A stretch of 63,536 nucleotides of DNA, filler included, from Asterionella formosa (GCA_002256025.1; 21 parts of 21 records of this genome joined end to end with filler, not necessarily neighbours in it), one strand, 5' to 3'; numbered from the whole stretch's first letter, positions 36,823-49,220 are shown. Made by a program: numbers and translations. The notes: generated by a model from the letters alone, not told the origin.

Positions 36823-38039
36823 ACATATGTGCAGATGACGACAAATGATTCACAGGATCAAACAAACAAGCGGTTTGTTCAAGCGTCCTCTTTTCTTGAT
36901 AGTACAATTTTTGGGGAGACAAAACTCCCCATTTTTCTGCCCTGATTAAGCAGCCTGATATGATCTGGCAGGAGACCATCACAACTATGGGTGCTATGCT
37001 GGTCAATCAATTGTTGTCCAAGAATGCAAGCTTGCAGTGATGAGTGTTAAGCTCACTTCTACCTCAACAACCACTGCAAAAAAATCTAGCACAATACTAG
37101 CTTTTAACCTTAGTTCATCAATCATTTTAGAAGACAGCTTGTAATGAATATGCCATTGTTGATATGAAAATTTTCTATAAAGAAATGTTTATATTTCAAT
37201 TGCATCCTTACTAATAGGGTTCTTATCATCCAGCAGATGCGATTTTCTGCAGCATTAGAATGGAAGATTGCCGGCCATGTTTCCACTTTGCAATTATTTC
37301 TTTTGATACTTCCCTTCCCTTGTTGTGTTCCCATTCCATTCTATTCTGCAGTGCGTAATTGAGATATTGACCAGATCTTTCAGAACTATAAGCTTCCAAC
37401 ATTTCAATATAAAACAGCTTATTTCATTTGCAAAATACATGATTTCAGCAACTCTTTTGTAATTATTAAATTCTACGAATTCCGGTTTTTCTTTCATCAA
37501 TAGAGCGTTTGGCAGACCACTTAAATGCGAAATGAACGACGACTTCAAAATTTCGATATCATAACAAGCAAAGTGATCACCAAAACTATTAAAATGATTC
37601 AACCAGCTACGATGTCATGCAATCAATATGTTCATCTATGAATATAAATTAAATATATGTATGCATTTGAGTGTTGTGTGATCATGAGAACTCATGAATA
37701 TTTTTTGCACATAGCTTTAACTTTGATTCCTTCTCATTTTTGTTGCTTGCTGAAGCAATGCATCAGTTAGCTGCTTCAATTTGTTGTGGTATGTAAAGAT
37801 GGAATGGAACTGCATGCTGTGGTGGCTGTAACCAAAACATGACTAACAATCAATTGATTCTCATTGTTAGTATGCTTAGGACAACAATGAAAGAGATTTA
37901 CAAATTGAAAAATGCATGTGGACTCAGAATCGGAGTAAAAGATTGAAAAGGGGATAGAAAGCAACCAGTGAGATGACATACCTTGATCCTATGTACATGA
38001 TAATCTTAATTTGCAGACATTTTCATCCACTGATGAAAG

Positions 38040-38500
38040 GGGAATGCAAGGTGCGAGAGATAAGGAAATGTGATACAAATTTAAAAAAAGAACGCATTTG
38101 TAAATTTGATGAAGCCTTGATTAATGAAGCATTCATTAATGACAACGATGAACCCTTTATCTTTCACCCTCAAGAAACCAATGATGATCCTTATGATCAT
38201 GTCACGGCTAAAAATATAAGCTCTGATCAGGTTCATGTTCCAGATGAAATGATTTATACTCTGGTAATGCTCCCACATGGTGGGGACCGCCATGAACTTG
38301 CTAAAGTCATTGGATGAAAACACACCAAGCAACCCTATTCTTGACTCAACTGATTGAATTTCCAGATGGAGAAACCCGAGATATTGCTTTTAACACATTG
38401 GCTGCACAAATTTTTTTGGAAATAGATGAAGAAGGGAAACCACACCACATCTTTAATGAAATTCTAAACCACTGTGAGGGACAAACATACAAAGAGTAAA
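38040..38500 (+). mobile_element. Old remnant of a diatom-type copia pol (integrase-RT linker region)
   Basis: VMLPHG....AKVIG / NPILDS / IEFPDGE.....NTLA.QI..EIDEEG......EILNH resembles the NPILDTR..EFPDG block of diatom copia elements. Confidence 0.6.
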
Positions 38501-38693
38501 CACCCAACAGGTATCTGGGCGACTCAATCTTGCTTCGTAATTTATGGGGCATTGGAACATACCAGTATATTATGTACACCATTCGATTTGGAATTAATTT
38601 TAAATAGTAGGGGCTGTTACTAGCCAGAGAATTTTTTGGAGCTTTGTGCTTCATGATCGGCCAACAAGCCGCAAAGTTTGGTTGCAACTACCT

Positions 38694-38783
38694 GCAAGTT
38701 GCGGTAATTTCGCTGAAACTAAAAGTTTAGCTTCCTTTATGCTATATTGAATTGTTTGTTTAAGCAAAATGACCGCAACTTGC
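38694..38783. mobile_element. 90-bp mini-MITE of the GCAAGTTGCG-TIR family
   Basis: GCAAGTTGCGGTAATTTCGCT ... AAGCAAAATGACCGCAACTTGC. Confidence 0.8.
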
Positions 38784-39052
38784 TTTAACATCCCCAGTAT
38801 TCAAATATCATGATGATGCGAGTATCTTTAGGTATCACCTCGGCACCGGTAGTATGTAGCGTACTACCGGCATGTATTGTACCCAAGAATCATATGTACA
38901 TGGCAAAATTTCAGATGTGATGGGAGGAGCGGATTCTAAATGGTCGGTCCTCGCTTCCCCTCCTCATGATCAACAATAGCTTACCGGAACTGGTATCTCA
39001 ACTCCATAATCCCATTATTGCGAGAATGGTGGCGAAGAGACGACATCCAACG

Positions 39053-39358
39053 ATGCGTCAGCTTTTTAGTTGGGCTGCTCAGTTGTGGTTGTTGAGTTCT
39101 GTTGTGTCCTGCTGCCAAGGCTTTTCTTTCCCAGCTGTTGCAACAACAACAAGGACGTTGTTCCAAACGACTGCTGCCACTGCTACTGCTACTGCTACTG
39201 CTAGTACGGATACTAGAGAAATAACGTTTCTCAACTTTTGGATTGCAACAGACGCCAATTGGACTCTCTGCGAGGCACCTAACGAGGCGATATCACCGAA
39301 CTTCACCTCCAAAAGTGGTTCGTCCTACTATGACTTGGGACATGGGATTGTTCGGACC
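39053..39358 (+). CDS. 5' part of a putative plastid-targeted protein
   Basis: MRQLFSWAAQLWLLSSVVSCCQG|FSFP: signal peptide with Phe at +1, then a Thr/Ala-rich transit-like stretch. The ORF runs off the contig. Confidence 0.55.
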
Positions 39359-39458
39359 NNNNNNNNNNNNNNNNNNNNNNNNNNNNNNNNNNNNNNNNNN
39401 NNTTAATTAATTAANNNNNNNNNNNNNNNNNNNNNNNNNNNNNNNNNNNNNNNNNNNN

Positions 39459-39573
39459 GAATGCCGGCGCCGCCTCCTGAATCCGAGCCAGCAATGGAAT
39501 AGACAACGGGAGGTGGAGGCGTCATGCTGGAAACGCAGGAACTTGTAGTCACCAATAGGAGGAAGCGAAGCAT
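39459..39573 (-). CDS. thiD: 5' end of hydroxymethylpyrimidine/phosphomethylpyrimidine kinase (ThiD; possibly bifunctional ThiD/ThiE)
   Basis: MLRFLLLVTTSSCVSSMTPPPPVVYSIAGSDSGGGAGI contains the ThiD N-terminal signature IAGSDSGGGAGI(QAD). Truncated by the contig edge. Confidence 0.8.
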
Positions 39574-40582
39574 GCGGAGCAAAAAGAGTACCAGATACCC
39601 TGTAGCAGACGGAATACCGGAAAGCACAGTTGCTTGTTTGTCGGCACTTTTGATCGAGGTTTGAACTTCATACGCCGCGGGGATAAAATTATGTGACGGC
39701 GAACGGCAAGGTATGAACAAAATTTACTATGATGTCACTAAAGATGCGTCTAGACTGCGGTACTGCTATTTCGTACGGTACTTGGTACCAGGTAAGCATC
39801 TCATACGTACGTATGAAGATATAGATATCAAATATATATACCGGAATAAAGAATACTATGCCGGTAGCAGGAACGTGGCAAGAAACTCGTTGCACTCCAA
39901 GGATTTCCTGGTCCAGCATCCTCTCATCATTGATGTCTAGACGTGTGGATAGTGTAAGTTACAAATATGCACGAATACATTCACACATGAAATAAACCTT
40001 AAAGCATGCTTTTATCGAAACACGAATCTAATGGAGGACACAGTGAGTTCATTGTGCAACTCTTAGGAGTTGCAGTTTGGGGATAAAACAACCATAGAGA
40101 TGGTGAGCCAGGGCAAGGAGCCCATTTTGGGGTTCTCAGAGCATTTGAATCATGTGCAGAACAGTTTAGAGAAAGAGAGCAGAGAGGAAGGTCTATCAAG
40201 AAATGGAAAGCTAGTATGAAAAATTCATGGCCATGTTGGGAGATTTTTAATTGAAAATCTGGGAATTGGAAGGACCAAATATAATTGTAGCCTGATGAAA
40301 CCATAAAATGAGAGCAAGAGAGAGTGGGCCTTGGGAAACACAGAAAATATAGATGGCAAATTGCTTGGTAATTTCTGTTACTTTGAATTGAGAAGACTGG
40401 CAGTCAATTGCCAGGATATACTTGTGGTATCAAAAGGACATATGTATGTTAAATTGGTTTCGAATAATTTATTTAGATGCAATTAATTTAATTTGTGATT
40501 AAGAGATCATTCTCACATGTAAGTATCACATATAAAGGCATTTTTCAAGAAAGCCGATCCTCATGTAAAAAAGCGGTACTTC

Positions 40583-41196
40583 GGTACCTGGTACCGTGCT
40601 GATCTTTATTAAACCAACATCCAGCAGCGTAGCTAGATTCAATATAACGCAAAAACACGAACCATGAGCATACATGTTGGCATACTCCTGATTTATATAT
40701 GTGTTTTGGCATTGAGAAAAATCATGTCTACATACAGCAATGTAGATATAGTATTAACGTTTAAAAATCATTTTTGTTTGTTTGAAATGTAACTCTGTCA
40801 ATCTGGCACCGATTCCTATTTAAGGTTGCGGCCCCGGCTTAACCCTAGTTTGGAGAAAATATCGCTAGGGTTGTAAAAACGGCGTGGAACAGGGAGTTTC
40901 CTACTATGAATTCCCATGATTTGAGTGTCCATTTGAATATTTGAATTAAATAGGAATCGGCGCCAGATTGACAGAGTTCCATGTCAAACAAACAAAAATC
41001 ATTAAATCATTTTTAAACGTTAATGCTATGTCTACATTACTGGATGTAGAAATGATTCTGCTTAAGTCCAAAACACACATATAAATCAGGAGTAGCCCAA
41101 CATGTACGCTCATGGTTCGTGTTTATATGTTATATTGAATCAACGCTGCTGTATGTAGGTTCAATAAAAATCAGTATGGTACTGGTACCAGGTACC
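40583..41196. mobile_element. Foldback element: two ~240-bp inverted arms split by a 122-bp insertion
   Basis: 40583-40819 is the imperfect reverse complement of 40950-41196. Removing the insert restores the perfect palindrome GATTCCTAT-TTAA-ATAGGAATC. A further arm copy lies at 45518-45640. Confidence 0.9.
40824..40945. mobile_element. TTAA-bounded one-ended module with GGTTGCGGCCCC terminus (Kolobok-like)
   Basis: TTAA at 40820-40823 and 40946-40949. A highly similar inverted copy lies at 41975-42092. Confidence 0.8.
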
Positions 41197-41641
41197 AGAG
41201 TCGGTTCATGACGATGGAAGACAGGATGAAACTAGTACCGGTGTAACGGTACTGATTTTGCCTGCTGGTATGGTATGGTACGTCTGTCTAATACGTGTGG
41301 TTCAAGTGTGGCTGGCGTGATTTTACAAGAACGGAGTACCGGTACTTCAGCCAATCTGGAGCACGTGAGTAAATTCAATTCAACCAATCAGAGTATGTGT
41401 AGTGACGCGGCAACGCACCCTGGAGTCTTGTCGGACTGAGAATTAAGCAACAAAACATACCTACGCAAGACTCCAAGTCTACGAGAACGTTTTGCATATA
41501 CAAATTCCGATTCCAATATTTTGGCGACTGTTGAAAAAGCCGATTGGGTCGACTTTTAGGATGAGGATTGCTCTACATCTGCGGGTTTCATCAAGATTAA
41601 AGTACATAGCCGTGTACCCTATAACGTCAGGAGTTAAGAAC

Positions 41642-41761
41642 TTCTGGAGAGAAACTGCAGTTATTTATCGTAGATTTTTAGAAAAGCTTCGTTGCCCCTT
41701 TTTTGACTATTTTTGCGATAGTTACGATTCTACAATACATAACTGCAGTTTCTTTCCAGAA
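41642..41761. repeat. Inverted repeat with ~35-bp arms
   Basis: TTCTGGAGAGAAACTGCAGTTATTTATCGTAGA pairs with TCTACAATACATAACTGCAGTTTCTTTCCAGAA. Confidence 0.8.
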
Positions 41762-41765
41762 ATGA

Positions 41766-42096
41766 GGGCCTTACCATATCCGTAGATAGAACATACCCCT
41801 AAGTCGACCCATGACTGTATCTAAGCATGTGCAAAGTGGTCGTATTGGTGAAAGCTAATTTTACCTTAAACTATTTTATGTACTTGTTCGTAATGTGTGG
41901 ATGAAGGTACATCATAGAATTATTTTGGGAAAAAACGGACCTCGCAATGTGTAACTGCGGGGCCACAGCCTTAATTCAAATATTCCATTGGACACTCGAA
42001 TCATGCGAATTCATAGTAGGAAACTCCCTGTTCCACGCCGTTTTTACAACCCTAGCGATATTTAGAACTAGGGTTAAGCCGGGGCCGCAACCTTAA
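41766..42096. mobile_element. Tandem Kolobok-like right ends: ...GGGGCCACAGCC|TTAA|118-bp module...GGGGCCGCAACC|TTAA
   Basis: Two related termini, each followed by TTAA (41971-41974 and 42093-42096). The inner part is homologous to 29663-29867. Confidence 0.7.
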
Positions 42097-42489
42097 AGCT
42101 AATACATATACGGCGAGCTTAAATCTGAAATGTGGCCAAGATAGGCTGAAAGATGAAGAAGTTGAAAATCGCGAAGTAACAATGGTAATTTTTTTCGGAG
42201 TTTTAGCGCTGCTGGTATGTTTCGACGTAGTAGTAGTAGACACATCATGTAGAAGTAGTTTCATCACGATGAAGCTAGACAAAACTGCTCATTTATACAA
42301 AGGATTGTCACAACGAGGATGAGCTTGATGATTCAAGCGACAATCTCTACTGCTAACTGGGATGTTTTGCTCCACTTTTCCACAGTGATNNNNNNNNNNN
42401 NNNNNNNNNNNNNNNNNNNNNNNNNNNNNNNNNTTAATTAATTAANNNNNNNNNNNNNNNNNNNNNNNNNNNNNNNNNNNNNNNNNNNN

Positions 42490-45417
42490 TGACATTCGTA
42501 GTCACCTTGTGTCCTTGTGCTTCAATAAATAATTTCGTCCACAACACCTTTGATATGATGTCATCGACACCAACCAATTCTGCTTCAGTCGAACTTCTAG
42601 TGTTCACTTTCTGTTTCGTAGACATAGAATAGATAATTCCGTTTCCAAGTGACATTGTAGCTCCTGTGTGATTTTTAAAATCTTTGTGCACTGCAAACGC
42701 CACATCAATGTACCATTTAATTCTCTGAGTGTCATCAGCATTCATAAATGCAACCTCGTTCTGAGTTGCTTTCAAGAAATTCATGATCTTGACTAATTTT
42801 ACCCAATCACCTTCATTCGGTTTGGTAGTTTGGGTCGCCAGAAATGCAATTCCCGGTTGAATGTCCTGTCTTCCTCGCTTACATAGGAACATTCCTTTCA
42901 TAACAAAAGTATGAAATATTTTTGCTTTTTCATGTTCAAGCTTCTTTGATTTCGTATCAACTGTGAACAGTTTATCTGTCCAAGGAAATTTTCCAACACC
43001 TTCAAGTTTATCCGGAAAATCATTAATCATTGACTTCACATATTTGGTCATGTCCACCCTCAACACTCCTGGAATAGAGTAATCTAGCATCATAGCCAAA
43101 TAATCATGCTTCTTTTCACGCATGACCTTGACTTAACCAATTTCGTCAGAAGCGTATTTCTTTTTGAGCCATTCCAAAAATTGATCATTCACTTTCCTGT
43201 CCACGTGACTTGATTTCAAATCGTCTACGTGCCAAGTAACTGTGTGCTGTTTGCCATTAACAATGCGATTTGCAACACATGGATCATATGGGTTTACCTT
43301 GAATCCAATTGACTCAATATCCTTCCGAAATTTCTTGTAATATAATAGTGATGACTGTAACATGGCATATAATGCCTTGATCATCCTAACATATAGGACC
43401 TTGTTGTTCCCTTCATAAACAACATGTTTTTCATAAGTCTCGGGGCTGAGTTCTGTCAACATATTGACAAGTAAACCTATAATCTTCATAATGATTTGTT
43501 CCCCTTTTTCTTTCTCATCGATATCCACTTTCACAAATGCATTGGGTATATCTGCAGTCATAACATCACGATTTTGCTTCGCATCAATTGTTGCTGTTAT
43601 CATAACAGATTCAGTCATGGTAGTTGGACTGGCTGCTTCATCTCTTTCCATGTATTCACTTTGCGAACTGCCATTGGCACAAGCTCTGCCTTTAATGCTC
43701 TTGTCTCTCTTTTCAACCAAAAAAATTAGACTTTCCATTGCACGTCACTTTTCGATATCGGTTAGGTCTTCAATCCTAATCGGTTCAAACACAACTCTAT
43801 CATGTAGTTGTTTCATTTCCTTATAAGCAGCGTCTCTTCCTTTCTGGCCAAATTTCTTGAGGCCTTTCCTTAAGCTGTATGACTGAACAAAGTTAAATGC
43901 TTCTTTATCGATACACATCTCATTCATATAACACATTGTCTTTGCGATCACTTTCGCATTATCAGTCGTGTATTCTTCTCGACAGTGTGCTTGGGTATGC
44001 AAATGATTTTGGACCATAGTTAGTTTTGATGGTGGTCTTGAGACTCTTCCAGACCTTGTAGTTCTAACATTTGGGTCTGAGTCATCCTGAGTGCTTGGAT
44101 TGACTTCTAACATTGCCTCTTCATTTTCAAATTCATTTGCTGGCTCTTCATCCTCATCTTGGATATCATCTGCATTCATTTCGATATTATTCTCATTGTT
44201 GCCCTCGTCAGGTTCAGGGTCATCCTCTTGGATATTGTCATTTAATTCGAGCTGTTCTGCTTCATATATTTCATTCGGAGTCATTTCGTCATAGTCTTCT
44301 TCTCCGAGAATTTCATCATTGCTTTCATTGTCACTAGCATCTTGATCTTCATAATCTTCATCTTGTGCATCTTCAAATGCTTCGTTATCATAATCCACTC
44401 CTGCAATCCAAGCACTATCATAAAATAGTTGTCCCGTTCGATTTGATATCTTGAGACCATCTGGCACATTCTCCTGCACAGCAAGGGCGTGTACTTGATT
44501 CATGATTGCTGGGGTAAGTGGTAGAGGAGTAACTGTTTGTCTAGTGATCAATGAATTTGTAGGTAGGTGTAACAAGTCATAACCTCCTTGCACATTGTCA
44601 TTGTAGCGTAGAAAAATGCAATCTAGGCTGCGAGGTGCATTTGTGTTTGAAAACACAGGTTCTTCATGTGCTTGGACATAAGTGCCAAATGTATACTGGC
44701 AATGTCAAGCATAGTCCAGGTTTCGTTGATGTAAAATCATACGAGGACTGTAATACGGGGATATCCCGTTCTTTGCCGGAAAGAAATTCAGTTTCCTTGC
44801 AGATTCTGTGACTAGAATCTTAATCATCAGTCGCGGCAAATGTTTGAAAGGTAATCGATGATAAGCTGCGCGCACGCGTTCTTTAATCACTCGATTATTT
44901 CGCTCCGCTTCGGGAACATGTTCTTGTGGGTTTGCGTAGTTCATAGTGACTTGAAATTTATTGGAAATTTGTTCCATCAAAGGTCGAAACTAGTTGTCAC
45001 AGTGGATTGTTGTAATTTTAAATCCTCCGGTATTATAAACACGGAATACTTGAATCAAAGCATCTCGATAGACTTCAGCTGTCTGATTCTTGACCCATTG
45101 CGCTGTCCTATACATAATGTTTCGAGAAATTGTTGTGAGAAATGATTGTCCATTGACTTTCATTCCATCCATGCAAAGAGTCACTTCGCGTTGAGCTTGG
45201 ATAAGCTCCTTAGGAATCTCGATGTAGTCGTTCACGACTGGCAGCGGCTTGCGACGAGTTGTCTTGCCTTTTAGTGTTCCGATGTCAGGTCCAAAAATTT
45301 TCTCTGCAATTTTGATATCATCGGTAGTCACTGGATTATTGTTGATCGTATTCATACGAATTATTGCCTTGAAATCATTAATTGATGGTGTACCCAAGGC
45401 ATGAAATAGATCACGAG
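42490..45417 (-). mobile_element. Ty1/copia pol (integrase, RT, RNase H), same family as 24305-27239, with nonsense mutations
   Basis: 44039-45417 is near-identical to 24305-25686. RT motifs ADIPNAF, KALY.MLQS, WHVDDLK; RNase H motifs YID.AFAVH, KQKVNTRSSTEAELVG. In-frame stops at about 44990, 44705, 43745 and 43133. Confidence 0.95.
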
Positions 45418-45517
45418 NNNNNNNNNNNNNNNNNNNNNNNNNNNNNNNNNNNNNNNNNNNNTTAATTAATTAANNNNNNNNNNNNNNNNNNNNNNNNNNN
45501 NNNNNNNNNNNNNNNNN

Positions 45518-45640
45518 ACGAGCGATGAGCGTACATGTTGGCGTACTCCTGATTTATACATGTGTTTTTGCGTTGAGTAGAAAAATGTCTACATTCACCA
45601 ATGTAGATATACCGGTAGTATAAACGTTTAAACATCATTT
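45518..45640 (+). mobile_element. Arm fragment of the 40583-41196 foldback family, abutting a truncated copia LTR
   Basis: ATGAGCGTACATGTTGGCGTACTCCTGATTTATA...AACGTTTAAA.ATCATTT matches about 40657-40773. Confidence 0.8.
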
Positions 45641-48442
45641 ATGGTTCGTACGGCGCATGTAGTATGGAGCATCATATGCAGATATTAACACACCCTCACC
45701 AACAGATGCAGGCAGAAGAACAGGAGCGGGGGTGGAGATGATATCAGCATTGGAAGCCAAGCACGCATAATAGTTAGGAGGACTAGGGAGGGATGGAGGG
45801 CAATGGAGATAGTGCGGGCGCATCAACATATGATGGGAAGCGGGATGATGTTTAGTGAAATAATCAGCATGATTCAAACTACCTTTTTTTTCAGTATACA
45901 AGAAATTGGCCTTCGCGAACCCGATCGCGTACCCAGTAATAACGCATATCCATAGCTTTGGAACGTTTTTGTCGGACAGTATCATTGGCGATGCCACTGG
46001 CAGTGCTATTATCGGTGACAATACGGGTAGAAGGTTGGGGATGACCAAGCTCAACAAGAATGGTGCGAATAGCATATGCCTCTTTGCCATTGTGGAACAA
46101 AGCAGCTAATTCAGCCTCAGCAGCACTTGATACAACCTCCTTAAGAATTTGACAGTGGACGTAAATAGCACCGTTAAGAGGAGGGATGGATGTAGTGAGG
46201 CTAGGTGGAGACACGGGTTTACAGCTGAGAAAGTGAATGCCAGCAGCGCGGGAGCGACCACGTGTTTCAGAGAGATAGGAAGCATCGCTTTCAACATGGA
46301 GGACCATGTCACTGGCAGTAAAGCGAAGTGTGGCCTCAGGATGAGTTGCACAATAATTGAGAAGGTGAGTAATAGCAGTCAAGGTAGCCACAGCGGGGGT
46401 TAGGGTAGCGAATGTACCAAGGGCCGGCAACATAGTACAATCAATAGCACGGGCATAATACAATAAAGTACCAAGAATGTCTTGCACACGTGTTTTATCA
46501 TGGAGGTCAAGGACAGGGGTGACATCAGAAACAACAAATTGCTGGCAAGCGCCATAACTAGGTGCAGTCCAGGCAGGGGGGGGAATGTTGTGGGTGTGTT
46601 GGGGTGGAGTTCGTGAATCGTTGTAGAGCACGAACAATGTAACCAGGCATAGTGAGGTCAACTGTGCGATGTTCGTAGTCCCACGTCAGTGTAAGGCCAA
46701 TGTATCGAGAGCCAGTCCAATCAGTTGTGAGTCGGTATTTGGTACGTAAAGTGGTGAGGAGACGGTCCACGTCACTACGTTTGGTGTAACGTACACCAAA
46801 ATCATCAACAACAAGCGTAAACATGAGATCACTGGTGGTATCCATCCATAGGCCAGGGGTGACTGGGCAGGGGAGGTAATGATGTGGGAGCAAGAACTGA
46901 GCAAGTTGATCATTGGCAAGTTTACCAGCTTGAGGCAGCCCATACATGCCACGACGGATTTCGGCATAGATGTGCCTATCAATGATTTTGGGAGCTAGGT
47001 TGTAGAGGGTTTGAATGTGTGGGGGAATCATCCATATAGGGATGCGCACGTATTCATACTCGGCAGGTGCAAGATGACTTTCCAGATAAAAATCAGATAA
47101 ATCCAGACTCATGAAGCGGCCATCGGGGGTACTGATGGTGCTGTTGAACAAACATTTTGCAGTAGTGAGATCAGCAGTCTTGGTGCTGACATTGCCAGTG
47201 TAAATGACACGATCACCCCCAGCAGTCCAATGAACGCGTTGGGGAATGGTTTTTTCAGGGCGATCGGCACACACAATGCGGATGTAAGTGGCGCGTTTGT
47301 GTGAGGGCATTTCATGCTTATGAATGAAAAAACAGCAATTAGTACCCGTTGGCATGTCAGAATGGGGTCCCAAGCCCTGAAATAACCGGCCAATTTCTAA
47401 GCCATTGGCAGTGGCCCACAGGGGGCAGTGCTGCAAGTCAATAATTCTCGATAGCCAGCAATTTTGCCATTGTCAGGGTTGATAGCGGTGCCATGGAAAC
47501 AAAAATTAGTGGCCAGGGGAGTAGCACTGGTTTGAGGAGGGGCGGAGAGAGCGCAGTTGGCAAGCAAAGATTGGGTGTGGCAGGGACGGCTGGCATGTGG
47601 TGCATCACGTGGTGTGTTTTTATGGCGACGACGGCTCTTGGGCACAGTGGTAGTGTCATAAGTGTCCGAAGGGGAAGGTGGTAGGGGACTGGGCAGCACA
47701 ACAGCATCGCAATAAGTGTGAGGGGGTGCCAGAAGGATCGTGCTGCCACTGGCAGGAGGGGCCCTAGGAGTAGGGTTAGGGGTTGGGTTAGGGTTACCGG
47801 CGAGGTGAGGGTTAGGGTTAAGCACCCTCAGTGGTTGGGCAGTGCCATCGAGGGCGGGAGAGACCGGGAAAGGTGTACAGGCATCAGGATCAGGGAGAAG
47901 GGGGATGGTGGATGCTGTGGTTGTACCGGGCACCCTCAGTGATGGAATGGGGTGATGCAGGAGGGGAGCAATGGGTAGTTGGGTGAGCTCAGGCGGTGAG
48001 AGAATTTCAAGGAGCTGCTGGAGAGCAGCTTTGTGGGTTGCAGTGAGTGGTGCAACGGGAGACCGAGTGGTGGGATGTAACAAGGCATAGGCAATGTCCT
48101 GCAAACTGGTTGTGATGAGGTCAGTAGATGAATGACAGGGTAGGTGGACTTTGGTTGGAAACCACGAGACAGTATCGCAGATTCTGATTGAACGTGTGTC
48201 CCACATCCAGATGCGGTAGCAGCGATAGGAATCCACAGCAGGGCCGACATACCAACCATCGAGAGCATGCGGAGCCCATGTGGTGCGGTGTTGGGGCTTG
48301 GCATGAACAAGGACCCGACAGCCAGGTGGAGCAAGGGGGACACGGTTGTAATCATAGGTTCCATTGACCTGTGCCCAAGCAGACAGTTTGGGGTTGATGC
48401 GTGAGCCACGGAGGAGGTTAAGAGTAAGTTCAGCTTGAACTA
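45641..48442 (-). mobile_element. Degenerate Ty1/copia (diatom-type) 3' half: integrase tail, RT, RNase H, PPT, partial LTR
   Basis: PLAPPGCRVLVH, GWYVGPA..SYRCY; RATY.RIVC..RPEK, GMYGLPQAG, LVVDDFGV; SDASYLSE, SAAEAE, TDNSTA, KAMDMRYYW, ADYFTKHH. The LTR begins at 45690. Confidence 0.95.
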
Positions 48443-49220
48443 NNNNNNNNNNNNNNNNNNNNNNNNNNNNNNNNNNNNNNNNNNNNTTAATTAATTAANN
48501 NNNNNNNNNNNNNNNNNNNNNNNNNNNNNNNNNNNNNNNNNNCTAGCATCATACAAGAGGAAACTACTGCAGGTAAAACCAAAACGACAGAGTTTGTTCC
48601 AAACGGCAACTGCGCTGATGAAAGCCAATGCATCAATGAAAGTGAACGATAGTATCAGTACTAGTAGTACTCATGAAAATGTTCCTTGGTAGAAATGGAT
48701 TGCGGCTAGTCCTAGATTTTACTTTAGGTTGTTCCATTCAACTAGCAATACCACTTCATAGATTAGTGCTCAGGGTGTGCGCTACAGTAAATTTTTCTTG
48801 CAGAAGCTTTTTTGCTGTGTTAGTATAATTTAGTTACTCTCGATTATTTCGTAATAAGCTTCAAAAGGCTTCGAGCTGTTGCTGTGTTGCTGTACCAACT
48901 ACTTTCCTTACTTTTAGGTTGGCGTATGAAGTAAGCTCTACATAGAGCTCGAATGTTCCATCAGTTCTCTCTGTTGCACCTGTAGATAAAGTGCTTATTG
49001 GGTAGTCTAACCCCAAGTAGGAGTAGCAGATAGTCTACCTATGTAATAAACCGACTCGCGAAAAAGTTATGTGCTCTTAGTATATTACTTACTTACTTAC
49101 TTACACCGGTTGAATACATGGTGCTCCTCCAAGTTGGTCGTACACATCATAGACAGCATTGTAAATAATATGAACGGTGTGTTCACGAATAAATACCGGT
49201 ACTACATACGACCAGGTACC

